The position numbers and the translations under genes were made by a program. 64,000 nt of DNA from Macrostomum lignano. Lineage: Eukaryota. The notes below the pieces were generated by a model that saw nothing but the letters and a program-made list of their open reading frames with translations, was not told the origin of the DNA and searched no databases. Each line of letters begins with the position of its first letter. The first letter of the stretch is position 1. Shown in pieces: positions 48,002 to 61,302 of the stretch. Location: NCBI GenBank assembly GCA_002269645.1, contig NIVC01000746.1:124001-188000 (forward strand). Direction: 5' to 3'.

Positions 48002-50784
48002 CCCGATCAAAAAGAAGTTGTCTTAAGACGTCTTAGAATTGTCTTAAGATGGCTAAAGACACCTCAAGACAATTTCAAGATATCTTCAACTTTGCTTCCA
48101 CAAGCTATCCTGATAAAGTTGTCTTGAAGATGACTTGAAATTGACTTTTATGAGATGTCTTGTTGAAGACATCTTTAAGACATCACCTTAAAGACTAAAA
48201 ATTTACATAAACAACTGTTTCTACTGTAAGTAGGAAGTTTCAGATACAAATTTATCCAGATCGTTAAAATCAATAAAAAATAAAACAAGCAACTATTGTG
48301 ACATTTATCTAAAAATTTTGTTGTATTGTAGTCTGTGGAAGGTGTGCCTTTTTATTAAAAATCGTTTACGCTTTTGAAGTGCAATTATGTGCAATTTTTG
48401 TATCGAGTCGTTACAAACTTTGAGACAAAGTTTAACTACAACAGTTTTGATTGGAGCAAATATATTTACAAAATTCTAAACAGCTAAGCATTAAAAAAGA
48501 CAAAGTTGCAATATATATCGGTTATGCTTTTGTTAAAAACAGCTAAAATCAATATGGCGGAACGACATTTTTAAAAAGGACTAAAAGACAACCTTGTGAC
48601 CGTGAAGGCCGCCTAATTGTCGAACACTTGCTTCTATCTTTTGTGATAAGTTTCAATTTTTCATTGGCTGCTATAGCCTATATAGATTTCTGGTGTAAGC
48701 CCTACCCTAGATTTATCTTTACTTAATGCGATAGTGTATTACTATTCGTGATGATACATCTACTATCCTCAAATTAGACCAATTCCTAGACCTAGTAGTA
48801 TTTTTTACTAATTCTTCCTTGGATAGCTTCTAGGATTGTATTTCATATTCTAGTGCCAGGTGCCAGCAAAGAAACCAGATTGGCCAGAAATGTTTTTATG
48901 CAATAGGCAATAGGGATGCTATGTAACATCCTGACCTAAAAATTACAATTTTAAATTGGACCTTGGATGCAATGTTTTTTTAGTTAGGCCTACTGCATAT
49001 ATATTGCTATGCCTAGCACTAGTAAGCACTAGTTAACTAATGCATAGTCATGTTTACATTTTAAGTTAGGCCTTAAAAGATTCAGGCATTAACTAGAGGC
49101 CCATGTACTAGGCCTAAAACTAAAATTATATGTTTTATTTACTTCTGGCTTTTTAAAGTCAAAGTTTTATAGTTGTTGAATTGGCTTATTAGGCTATTTT
49201 GTTCTGTTGTAGGCCTCTTAGCTGTAGATAGGCCCTAGCTTCTTCCTTAGGCCTAAATAGTTTTTGCTTTGATTTTTATGTCAAAAGTAATAAATAATTT
49301 CCATGAGCCTATAGCTAGGTTTATTTTTTATATGCAGAGTTACTTTTAATTTAAAATTGCACCCAGAAATTGAAAATTGCAATTTAGAGACAGTCTTATA
49401 ACCTGTTTTTATGTTAAACTTGAAGCCTCATTTGCATTGCCCTAAAATAAGAAAAATAAGAAATTGCACTTTGAGCCTTAAAATTGCACTATAAAAATGA
49501 GTATAGAGTGCACTTTTGCACCTTGTCTTTGGCAAAAAAGAAAACCTTGGCCTATAGGCCTTTATATGTTGCTTCCTCTTTGCCTTTATTATTGGCTAAT
49601 GGCATATATATGATGTTTTCAATATATCAATATTTTGAATATTAGGCCTAGTCATTCGTGCTTTTTTCTTGGCTAGGCCAATGAAAATTTAAATAAGAAA
49701 TAGATATAGCCTTATAATTTATTATTAGGCCTATATCACATTCAAAAATTGGATTAGGCCTAATAGAGAATAAATAGAGTTGGTATGCCTAGAAGTTTTA
49801 TATAAAATTGATATTCTAATCTTTTTATTTTGCTTTGAGATTAGGCCCTAAGCTTTAGCCTATGTATTTAAGCCTAAGGCAAAGTTATTGTATAATACAC
49901 TTGTGTGAATATATAGTAGGGGCCTAGGCAATTTATTTATTAGATTTTTAAAGTATATTAGTATAATAATCTATTATTTATTATTTATTGTTTTTTTACT
50001 TATGAATTTCAAATTATTTCAGCCTAACAACCTATAAACTATAACCTTTATTAAACTTATCCTTTTCTGCCTTATCAACACATGCTATCCATCATAGTGG
50101 AAGCTAACCTGGATCTTGAATCTTCCTGGATTGAGCCAATTCTAAACTACTAAACAATTCTGGCTAGCAAAGGATCAATTTACAGCAAGTTTTCCACCAA
50201 GCAATGAGCAACTTTTATTGCATTAACCAAGTATTTCCATGCAATGACAGGGTATGATGCATTATAAAATTATACACTTGCACTTGAGTATTTTTGCATT
50301 TTTATTTAGTGTATTTTAACTTGTTTTTGATTCACCATTTTATTGCTTCTGTGACTTTTAAACTGTGCCTTTTATAAAATGAAAATATAAATCATAAATC
50401 ATAAATTACATTGAACCATGTTTAGAAGCCTACTAAATAGCTTCTCTTTCATATCAATATTGCCTGAAACGAAACAAAAGAGTGCTGTAATATTTTTAGT
50501 CATTTTTCTTTTAAACAACTGTGATTGCAATGGCAACAGCATTTCTTAAATGATCTTGGGCAAGACGTCTTCTGCAAGTCATCTGGAAGATGTCTTTAAG
50601 TAGATTTTAAGATGTCTTGAAGATGTCTGAAGACGTCTTTAAGTTATCTCTAAGTTGTCTACAAGTGTTGCAAGGAGCCAATTTTTAGACCGAATTAAGT
50701 CAATTGTAAGATGTCTTGAAGACATCTTTCTGTCTTATGCAAGACATCTTTAAGACATAATTAAGCCAACTTTTTTTGATCGGG
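48002..50784. mobile_element. TIR element or inverted pair of MITE ends with aagac(g/a)tctt subrepeats
   Basis: cccgatcaaaaagaagttg ... caactttttttgatcggg, with about 200-bp subrepeat zones at both ends and a non-coding AT-rich interior. No clean TSD. Confidence 0.6.
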
Positions 50785-50808
50785 TTATTTACAGCATTGC
50801 ATTACAAA

Positions 50809-52038
50809 CAACAACAACAACAAAATACGCTGTCATGATGGTAAAAGTCAGCGTCACAGGGCGCGCTTCATGGCTTGGGCGCGAACAAAGGCCGCGCCAC
50901 CGGCAGTGTCCGGGGCGCCGGCGTCAGCCAGCAGACAGTCGACATAACGCCGAGTTCGCGCTTGACCTCGCCGGTAGGGTGCCTGCAGCGTGAGCAGCAG
51001 CACCTCCTGCACCGGCTGTGGGCAGTACGACTCGGCGCGGATGAGATGGCCTGCGAGCTGGAGTCGCCGACGGCGCAGTAGATCACTTGGACGTGGCAGG
51101 CCAGCGCGGCGATAGAGTGCCGCGTTGGTGACTCGCTCGACGCCGATGTTGAAGGCGGCGCGCAGCAGACCAGCGTGCGCCGCATCGACTTGCTGTTCGA
51201 GTGAGTCCGTCAGCGTCCAGGTCTCGGCGTTGTACAGCAGGACGGTCTCGATTACCGCCTGGAACAGCGCCGCCCTCTGGCGGTCCGGTAGGGCCTCGGA
51301 CTGCAGGACTGCCCTCACAGAACGAAAGGCAGCCCAGGCAAGCCCGCGGCGGCGTCGCAGGTCCTCGCGAGCGTCTGGAACCAGACCGCCGAGGTAGACG
51401 AACTGCTGACATCGCGGGAGTTCGGTCGCCTGCCCGTCAGCGCCTCGGCAAAATATTGCAGCCTCGATTTCGTCCGGCACGCAGAGCACAACGGTCTTCT
51501 GCGTGTTGACCACCAGGCCGACACTCGCCGCAACGGCAACCAGCCTGTCCAGCTGCCGTTGGGCGCCCTCGACGGTCGAGGACAGCAGGGCGAGGTCGTC
51601 GGCGTAGCCAAGCACGCTGAGCCTCTTCTCCGGTTGACGTCGACCCACGCGTCGCTGCAGCAGAAAACCGTCGTCGTTGGTAGGAAGAGCAGTCCGCAGC
51701 ACCCAGTCAAGCACCAGGACGAACAGAAACGGCGCCAGCGTATCTCCCTGAAGCACTCCGGAGGATGTCTCAAAGGAGTCCGATAGGCCGTCCGGTGTTG
51801 TCACAGCAGCTGTCGTATCACGGTACATCGCCATGACGGCGGAGATCAGCTGCTCAGGCACGTTGTACGCGCGGAGCACCATTGGAAGCACGGCTCTGAC
51901 AACCGAGTCGAATGCCTTCTTGAAATCAATAAAGATTAAAATCAGTATCGACTGACGAATCCGCGCCTCCTCGATGACTCGGCGAAGAGCCAGGATCTGC
52001 GCCACTGTGCCGCGATGGGGCCGGAAGCCGTTACAAAA
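50809..52038 (-). mobile_element. 5'-truncated RTE-like non-LTR retrotransposon, recent insertion
   Basis: Uninterrupted RT ORF 50854-52032 (NGFRP, FIDFKKAFDSV, GVLQGDTLAPFLF, YADD), (TTG)n 3' tail, and 13-bp TSD attgcattacaaa at 50796-50808 and 52039-52051. Confidence 0.95.
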
Positions 52039-52893
52039 ATTGCATTACAAAATGAGAATGCAAGTGTTCTTGGTGTAAGAATTTTTAGTTTTCGGATATT
52101 GCTTTGCCGGCTTTTGATTGTGCTAGCGTCATGTGCAGCGCTTAATAGTCTGTCCGGAAATATATAGCGTTAAGGCCAAAAGTAGTTAAGCAAAATAAAA
52201 GCATTCCAAACAGTTAAAGAAGCCGCCTCTTTCTCAAATGGCGGTATTTTTTTATTTTAACATCTAATATATGCAATTTTGCGGAAAACTAATAAAACGA
52301 ATTTTTATTTACCCTCTTGCATTTTCATTGTGCAATGCATTATTCTTGGATAAATAAATTGTCACGAGATCTTAACTAAGGTTTCATTATATTGCGTTGT
52401 TTAGGCCTGTTTAGAAATTTTTTCTTTTGCTTTTCCGTTTCCTTTAACTGTTCCTTAATTAAAAACTAGAAACTTGTTCCACATCAAGAACTAGATATCT
52501 ATTAAAAAATTGAAAAAATTTTCTGAATGTAGCATGTAGGTCAAGACTCAAAGTAAGTGTGTCGTGTGTCTCATGCTGTTGCCTGTCATCTGTCTAACAC
52601 ACATCTGCCTTACACTGGGAATCTGTTGAATCCGATCCCTTGAAGCTCTCTCCTTTTTGCTTTTTTCATAATATTTGTAAATAAATATTTCACTTGTTAG
52701 CAAATTATGCTTCAGCTACCTAAAACTTTGTATTAAACGCATTTTTTTGGTGTTATTTCCTTCTTAATATAGTATAATATTTTAAAGCTAAGCCTATATC
52801 TTTCATTTTTAATCTCTTATATTGTTAGCAATCCTTACACATTACACTATAGCTTATATTTAATATTTGTTATTAACTGATTAATATTTAAAT

Positions 52894-53589
52894 TAGTGTT
52901 CTGCCATGGTATCCTACGGCAAATATGGTAAAATAGGTGCCTATGGCAGCTACGAATACGTCTATGGTAGCTAGCTGCTCTTATGGCTATGACTAGGCCT
53001 ACAGAAATATGGTAGTTGCTATTACATTCCATAGATTCCTATAGCCATAGGCATAGTTATTAATATTAAAAAATTAAAAAATATTAGAAACAGGTAGAAT
53101 AAAACAAAAATACTTTTAGTAAACTGTATTATCAACCTAGAAACTTATAAAATATATCTAAAAAAGTACAATAAAATACTAGCAAACTCTAATTTTAATT
53201 AATGTGAAAAAGTTTAGCGTTAGTACTTTCAGTAACAATTAAGTATTGTTGCTCTGAAAAAAGACGAAGTATAATCTTACAAGGGCAATTGAGTGTTTCT
53301 TTTATTTTCTTTTAAATTAAAGAAAAGAAAAAAGAAGTATTTTAAATTATGTTTCTTTTAAATTAAACAATTTATAGTTGTTTAAGCACTAGGTTATCTT
53401 CTTGATTCAAAATATTTTGTTTTCTAGACTTTTTGTTAAAACTATGCCTATGGCTATGGCTATGGGAACTACAGGTATATAGTAATTTCAGGGTCCCTAT
53501 GGCTACAGAATATGGAAAATTGGAATAAGCCATAGTTTTGCTTATGGCTACGGCTACAATACATAGACCCTCCTTATGGTGGAACACTA
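52894..53589. mobile_element. hAT-type MITE
   Basis: TIR tagtgttc...gaacacta, 8-bp TSD atttaaat on both sides, and ctatgg subterminal repeats. Confidence 0.85.
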
Positions 53590-53729
53590 ATTTAAATACT
53601 TATTTAAGTCACTTTTTGGAAATATTGCTTCCTATCAAGTTCATATATTCATATAATATTTGTTTTAACTTTTACAACTCTATATTCAGGGGTGTCTAAG
53701 AGGTTTTAGGATGGAAGAGCCTAGACTCC

Positions 53730-54180
53730 AGAAGGTTACATGTATACCAGAAAATTCTGGCATACAAAGAAAGTCTTGCCATTTTTGGCATACAAATTTT
53801 GGCCTACAAACTCATGCTATGTGACTTGTGCATGAAAATTTTGATATAAATTTATGTAATTTAAATAAAAAATTTTCAAGAACTATTTCAAAATGAGTTT
53901 AAATTTCTTTTTATTTCTATTTCTACAACATCAATCTGCCAACCTTTATTGGCATAGACATTAATTGCAGAGACGACTGAAAGAAGATGACCAAGTAACA
54001 TTACTTAATTCAGACATAACTATTGTCTTACACTTTTTTGACCTGAATGACCTTTTTTAGAAGTAATTTTGGCATACACATTAGGGGAATTGTTATCCTT
54101 TCTAGTGTACACCTTGGCATACATTTAGATGAGCTAAGATTCTTGATCTGGCATACACTACTACATAATCCAGACCCTAG
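53730..54180. mobile_element. Degenerate ggcatac-motif repeat, second copy
   Basis: See 44540-45130. Confidence 0.45.
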
Positions 54181-54519
54181 GGAAAAGCCTAGTTAGGGCC
54201 CAGTAAAAACTGAAAAGGCAATGCCAACATCTTGAATTAAGTTTTTTAATTATTATAAAGCTAATTTTTACCAAAAAATTAAAATGATACCCAAGAAGAT
54301 CTTACAAAGAATAAATGCAATAGCTAAGTTGATTTAACTAACATTGCTTTTTGCCCAAGAACACTTTTTAGGATTAGCAATTGGAAAATTTTTGAATAGA
54401 AAGCTAAACACAAATTCATTTTAAACTTTATAATTTGCTTTTCCTGGCAAATTCTCATCAAAAAAACTCTGTCAGTTCATTTAATTATTGGCTAATCTCT
54501 ATAGAGTATATATTTTTAC

Positions 54520-55890
54520 TGAGAGAAGAGGAAAAGTGAGAGGAGAGGGCAGAAAATAAGGGGAGAGAGTAGGGATAGAGAAATGAGAGGAGAAAGTAGA
54601 GGTGAGAAGAGGGAGATATGAGAGAGATAAGTAGAGAGGAGATAGAAGAGAGGAGAGAATAGATAGGATAAAGTAAAAAGGAGATAGAAGAGAGTAGAGA
54701 TAAGAGAGGAGATAATAGATAGGAGAGAGTAGAGATGAGAGTGGAGAAAGGAGAGATTATAGGGTAGAGATAAGCAAGCAGAGAGAAAAGAAGAGAGATG
54801 TTAAAAATGATAATACAGATTAGAGATGAGGGAGAGAGGAGATAGATAGGAGAAAAGATTAAGACAAAAGAGGAAAGAGAATAGAGATGATAAGAGAAAT
54901 GAGAAATGAGAGCAAAGAAGTAGAAAGAAAAGAGGAGGGAAGTTTTGAGAGGGGAGAGTGAGGAGTGAGAAAAGGGGAAATAGGAGAGAGTAAAAAGCAG
55001 AGAGAAATGAGAAGAGATGAGAGCAAGCAGAGATAAGAGAAGACAAATGAGAGACAAGAGAGTATAAGTTAAGAGAAAAAAGATAAGGTGGTAGAGATGA
55101 CAGGAGAAATGAGAAATAAGAGATGAGAGATTAAAGAGAAGAGAAGAGAAATGAAAGAGAGGAGTCAAAGATAGGAAGTAAAAGAGTACAGGGGAGAGAC
55201 ATGAGAGAACATATAAAAGATTAAAGTTGACAGAAGAGAGGGAAGGAGAGAACAAATACGAGAGTAAACAGACAAGAGATGGGAGAGTAGAGAGAACAGA
55301 GGAGAGAGAAGAGATTATGGAGACAAGAGGAATGAGTAGGGAGAAGAGAAATGTGTGAGAGCAGAGAAGAGAGACAGAGGGAGAAAGAAGTGAAGTAAGG
55401 AGAGAAGAAGGGAGAGAATTGACAACAGGGGAGAGGAAAGAGTAGAATGGAGAGGGGAGAAAGTAGAGAGAAGAGAGATGGGGGTAGAGAGCATAGAGAT
55501 AAGTAAGAGGAAAGAGGAAATAAGAGAGAAGATATGAGATGTAGGAGAAGTGAGAAGAGAAAAGAGGAAAGGGAAGAGATGAGAGTAGAGGGAAGAGAGG
55601 AGAGCAGAGAGAAAAGAGTGAAGAAAGAGGAGAGAGGAAAGAACAGGGAAGAGATTTAAAGATGAGGGAAGAAAGAGGCAAGAAAAAAGAGAAATATGAA
55701 GAGATAAGAGAGCAGAGATAAAAGAAGAGAAAGGAAGGATAAAAAAGATAAGAGAAGAGAGGTGGGGGAAGAGACAAAAGAAAAGGGGAGAGAGGAGAGA
55801 GTAAAGAGGAAAGAAGAGATGACAAGAGAGAGGAAAGATGAGAGAGAAGAGAGGAAACAGAGGCGAAGATAGAAGTTTCAAAGGATCCAA
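54520..55890. repeat. 1.4-kb imperfect polypurine (GA-rich) tract
   Basis: The + strand is almost all A/G. The S/L/F-rich ORFs on the minus strand are artefacts. Confidence 0.95.
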
Positions 55891-57892
55891 GGGATGTACA
55901 TGTAGAGAGAGGCAGAGGTCAGAGTTTTCCTAGCTTTTCCAATACATGTTTTAGATTGACATTGCTTGATATTCTGCACAGCACCCTAGCCAACAAGATC
56001 AATGCTTGCCTCAAATCTTAATTTTACACGAATTTACTCCATTTTATGTTCATCTTCATCCTAACTATTAACAAGTTTTTGTTTGAGTATGACTTCAAAT
56101 TTTAGAATGTATGTGAAAATAATTCCAGGGATTGGAATTCCATGGCTTCAAGATCCGCAGGTTTCAACAGCTTACAAGTGCTTGTATAAAAACTATTGTT
56201 TTTTATACAAAGTAAATTTGTCCTTGGTCATATTGCCTAGCTCATTATAGTGCAAATGTTTCCAATTAATGAGCATTGCATTCATTTTTGCAGCTATCTG
56301 CCTTCTATATCTAAATTTGATCTCTAGATAGGCAAATATGTAATTAGTTTAAGGGTAGATACAGAATAAGGGGTATGTAACTTTAGGCATGGAACTTAAA
56401 AGTGAGACATAGGCAAGGCAGAGATAACCTTTCTTTTAAACCTCCTTAATCAGAATGAACTGATAAGAATTCACAATAGCATGCATAAAGTGCATTTATT
56501 ATATAAGAAAAAGGAATCATTATGTTGAAATTTTAAGTAATGATGCTTATTAGAAGTTAGAGTAGAATAATATTGCCATTTTGTGTCAAAGGCCATTGCC
56601 TTAAACTTTCCATTGTTCCTTTGAATATATTCTTATAATTTATACAACTTTCAAATTGAAAAAATGAAAGTCAATCCATATTACAATTGTTTTGATTGCA
56701 ATTTATCTATAATAAATTCATATAACTATCAATTAGAACTTCTAACAAATAACTAGTAGTAGTGAAGTGGGCATATTTTTTATTGAATTATTTATATTCA
56801 CTATTTTAGTTAAAAAAAAACTAATTTTGTCTTATCTCTTAGATAATGCAACATTGTTATTCAATCTAGTATACTAATATGCTATAGGCCCAAAGATAGA
56901 CTAGATCTAGTAGCTAGGTGATAATAAGATAGCTGCCCTCAAAAAAGCTGCCCTTTGTAATGGCTTTCTATGTCATGCAGATAGGACATGCCTAGACATA
57001 GCCATCAACAAATTGGGTTCTATTTCAGTATAGCAATCATTTCATTAGAGCTTCTGGGCATTGTCTATAGACCCTAGAATTTAGCAGTTTTAATGTGGCA
57101 AGCTAGCAAATTGTTACCATGCTGTCTGATGTGAGTAGCACCAGTTCACATAGGGTAATATCAATGCCACAAAGCTCAGCTGCAGGCCTTAGGTTAGCTT
57201 GAGATATAATAGAAATTGGTACTATAATAGGTCTCCCAGTCATTGCACTATCACCAAATTGGCTGAAAAGTTAGGGAAAATTGTAAATAATTTAGTGTAG
57301 TAAACTTAAAGATGGCCAAGATTTTAGAGACAAAAAATGTAGAAAATTGAAGATGTTATATCATTATAATAAAGTATTTTCTTTCTATCAGACTAGAATA
57401 TTGTGTTCAAATTAAAAACCTATTTCTATTCCTATTTAAATATGCATTTACCAATATTTTCCTAATATGCATTTTTCACAAGTCACATTTTTTTTAAAAA
57501 TGACCATAGGTAAATTTCTAGTTTTTTTAATTGCCTCACTGGACCTCATACTAATATATCATGTTTAGCTTTTAAAAGATAACAATTTGTTGTACCAATA
57601 AAAACTAAATATATGTTTATAATGTATTTTTTTTCTATGCAAAAGGGTTTTTTGTTTCCAATAACGTGGTTTAGCTAAGCCATATAATAAGCCAAAAATG
57701 AGAAAAATTGTATTTGAAGTTTTCATAATGCTTTTTTACTAATAGGCCTATTGCTGCACATGGCCATTTAAATAATCATTTAAAGAATCTGTGCATTACA
57801 TATGCCACTGTCAGTTGCCATGATTCTAATTAAAACTAGCATTGTGTACACTCATTCTACAGCTAAAAGTCGCAATAAAGCCATTGTAAGCC

Positions 57893-58007
57893 ATGCCTCT
57901 AGCAAGGGATCTGCTGCACCCATCGATGTCCCAGGAGAAGCGAAAGCACAAGAAGAAGCGTTTGGTTCAATCGCCAAACTCCTGCTTCATGGATGTCAAG
58001 TGTCCAG
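57893..58007 (+). CDS. RPS27: 40S ribosomal protein S27 (eS27), exon 1
   Basis: [11 protein letters not shown]...[21 protein letters not shown]; ends G|gtgagg. Confidence 0.96.
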
Positions 58008-58158
58008 GTGAGGCAGCTAGCTTTCAAGCTGAATCCTACTGTTTCAGTCCATAAGTCCATATGCTGCAGTCAGTCGCAAGGGTTTTGTAGTTCAAAGAAA
58101 CGCCTTGAAGTTTTCCTAACCAGACTTATTAGTAAGCCACCGCTGTCCCATTTCGCAG

Positions 58159-58298
58159 GCTGCCTGAAAATCACCACGGTGTTCTCGCACGCCCAGACTG
58201 TGGTTGTGTGCGCCGGCTGCAGCACCGTTCTGTGCCAGCCAACTGGCGGCAAGGCCCGACTGACCGAGGGCTGCTCGTTCAGAAATAAAACCTACTGA
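58159..58298 (+). CDS. RPS27: RPS27 exon 2
   Basis: tttcgcag|GC; [42 protein letters not shown]. Total 84 aa, with AATAAA at 58339. Confidence 0.96.
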
Positions 58299-58776
58299 TT
58301 TGATCTTTGCGAATATTGATACAACTAAATTTACATTAAATAAACATTCAATGCTACTGATAGTAGCGGTATGCGCTGGGTGATTTTGTCGCCAATAAAT
58401 TGTGTTTAGACTGGGGTTCTGGTGTTGTGTCCGATTGGCTGTAATTATTGTTCAATTTAATAATTATCTTCTGTTTGAAAGCAAATAAACGCATCAATGC
58501 TGACTGGAGAGGAGAGATCAGAGGAAGAGACAGAGGCCAGTGAGCTGTTTTTGCGTCTTTCGTTCGTCTCCGCGGCGCGACCAGTTCAGTGAATTGATCT
58601 GCGCACGGAGTTCCTGTTCGATCTTGGATTAAAAAAATCTATAAATTGTGCTTCTCTTGAATGCTAGTTGCGTTTGACTTCGTTATTTTATTTTAATATC
58701 TCAGCTGGTTATATTCAGATATATCTGTAGTCTAAAGTTCCATGGTTATGATATAACCTTGGAGGATTTTGGGCTT

Positions 58777-59012
58777 TATTGGAGTCCTTCCTCACTATCA
58801 AGCTGTATTGGAGTCCTTCCTCACTATCAAGCTGTATTGGAGTCCTTCCTGTCTTTATCTGGCTGTATTGGAGTCCTTCCTGTCTTTATCTGGCTGTATT
58901 GGAGTCCTTCCTGTCTTTATCTGGCTGTATTGGAGTCCTTCCTGTCTTTATCTGGCTGTATTGGAGTCCTTCCTGTCTTTATCTGGCTGTATTGGAGTCC
59001 TTCCTGTCTTTA
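58777..59012. repeat. 29-31-bp minisatellite, about 8 copies
   Basis: Unit ttggagtccttcctgtctttatctggctgta. Confidence 0.93.
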
Positions 59013-59351
59013 TGGGGCTGTAATGTCTAGGGATATGAATATTTTGTTTGCCTAAAGTTAAAAACCGGATTCATCGTATCGTACTACTGATAAGAGTGTC
59101 ACAAGTAGCAATATAGAGCGTAAGTGACGAGTCCCCATGACATCCGATTGGTCTAGTTAATCTTGGCATAATCAAATTTGTTCGAGAATGCAATGGCACC
59201 TTGCTTGTCCCCCGGGCAGCTGTGCTGTTACAGTGTTGTACGAGCGTATTCATTTGTGGGATATTTTTAGTCTGATTCTGATTTCTCTGTTTGCAATCCG
59301 ATGTAGCCAGAAATTCGTGCTAATCTATAGACCTGTACCTTATCCCCTTAG

Positions 59352-59459
59352 GCAGAGCAGAACTGCAGAAGCGCTGATGTGATTTTCATTGACTCAGCAT
59401 TGATGTACAAGTACGTTGATAAATGGCTCAGTGATTTCCAACACCACTGCACTGTGCAG
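59352..59459 (+). CDS. Candidate extracellular exon of the receptor PTP
   Basis: ccccttag|GCA...CAG|gtacat, 108 nt open in phase 0 (AEQNCRSADVIFIDSALMYKYVDKWLSDFQHHCTVQ). No recognisable homology. Confidence 0.3.
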
Positions 59460-59477
59460 GTACATGCAGCTACAGAG

Positions 59478-60853
59478 GCAGGGCAGTCAGATGTCACTGA
59501 CAGTCGAATGTCACTGATTGTCAATTCTCACAGGCAGTCAAATGTCACTGATTGTCAATTCTCACAGGCAGTCAAATGTCACTGATTGTCAATTCTCACA
59601 GGCAGTCAAATGTCACTGGCTGTCTAATGTCACTGACTGTCAATTCTCACAGGCAGTCAAATGTCACTGACAGTCGAATGTCACTGATTGTCAATTCTCA
59701 CAGGCAGTCAAATGTCACTGACAGTCAACTGTCACTGGTAGTCTGCAAATGTCACTGACAGTCGAATGGCACTGATTGTCAATCCTCACAGGCAGTCAAA
59801 TGTCACTGACAGTCGAATGTCACTGATTGTCAATTCTCACAGGTAGTCAAATGTCACTGACTGTCAACTGTCACTGGTAGTCTGCAAATTTCACTGACAG
59901 TCAAATGTCACTGATTGTCAGTTCTCACAGGCAGTCAAATGTCACTGACAGTCGAATGGCACTGATTGTCAATTCTCACAGGCAGTCAAATGTCACTGAC
60001 AGTCGAATGGCACTGATTGTCAATTCTCACAGGCAGTCAAATGTCACTGACAGTCAACTGTCACTGGTAGTCTGCAAATGTCACTGACAGTCGAATGGCA
60101 CTGATTGTCAATCCTCACAGGCAGTCAAATGTCACTGACAGTCGAATGGCACTGATTGTCAATCCTCACAGGCAGTCAAATGTCACTGACAGTCGAATGT
60201 CACTGATTGTCAATTCTCACAGGCAGTCAAATGTCACTGACTGTCAACTGTCACTGGTAGTCTGCAAATTTCACTGACAGTCAAATGTCACTGATTGTCA
60301 GTTCTCACAGGCAGTCAAATGTCACTGACAGTCGAATGGCACTGATTGTCAATTCTCACAGGCAGTCAAATGTCACTGACAGTCGAATGGCACTGATTGT
60401 CAATTCTCACAGGCAGTCAAATGTCACTGACAGTCAACTGTCACTGGTAGTCTGCAAATGTCACTGACAGTCGAATGGCACTGATTGTCAATCCTCACAG
60501 GCAGTCAAATGTCACTGACAGTCGAATGTCACTGATTGTCAATTCTCACAGGCAGTCAAATGTCACTGACTGTCAACTGTCACTGGTAGTCTGCAAATTT
60601 CACTGACAGTCAAATGTCACTGATTGTCAGTTCTCACAGGCAGTCAAATGTCACTGACAGTCGAATGGCACTGATTGTCAATTCTCACAGGCAGTCAAAT
60701 GTCACTGACAGTCGAATGGCACTGATTGTCAATTCTCACAGGCAGTCAAATGTCACTGACAGTCAACTGTCACTGGTAGTCTGCAAATGTCACTGACAGT
60801 CGAATGGCACTGATTGTCAATCCTCACAGGCAGTCAAATGTCACTGGTAGTCA
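59478..60853. repeat. Composite satellite of four related 17-bp monomers with higher-order periodicity
   Basis: Monomers aaatgtcactgacagtc, gaatg(t/g)cactgattgtc, aattctcacaggcagtc and aactgtcactggtagtc(tgc). Confidence 0.95.
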
Positions 60854-61302
60854 AATTGCTGCCGTCAAATGCACGAGGACCGGCTGCACGATACATGGAT
60901 ACTATACTATTCAATATAAATCTATCTATGGGTTGTCTGGAGGCAGAAACTCTGTTTGATTGTGTTCTCTAATTAATTCTATGGGATAGAAAAATCTAAT
61001 AATGTTTATATCTATTTAACTTCTGCGTGAACATAAGGATGATGAGCTCAATTTTGGTGTCTTAATCCGTGTGTATAACATAGCGCTTCTCGCATTTTCC
61101 AATGTCAGAAGGCAGGTAAAAGTCGATGAGACACCTTGAGTCTCGGACCCATTAGAACGGCAGACTGTACCGCTCGAGATGGTCCATCAACGTGACTGCA
61201 TCTGCAGTTTTAGTGCGTCAGTCAAAGTCAATTCGCTGTCCAATAAGAACCGAGAGTTGTTGCTGCGCGAGACAGGCTATAGAAGAGAGCAGGTCTGAGC
61301 AG

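Noticed and set aside
54485-55890. 446-aa and 191-aa hydrophobic ORFs
   Set aside because: They are translations of the polypyrimidine strand.
57893-58298. RPS27 substitutions (NSCF, GCLK, FRNKTY) as a specialised paralogue
   Set aside because: All four zinc-ligand Cys and the length are intact. The differences fit ordinary lineage divergence and cannot be judged without orthologues.
61137-61298. 52 open codons in frame with the PTP TM exon, bounded by two TGA codons (readthrough or selenocysteine?)
   Set aside because: An open stretch of this length is not rare by chance, no SECIS is evident, and the exon boundary is unresolved without cDNA.
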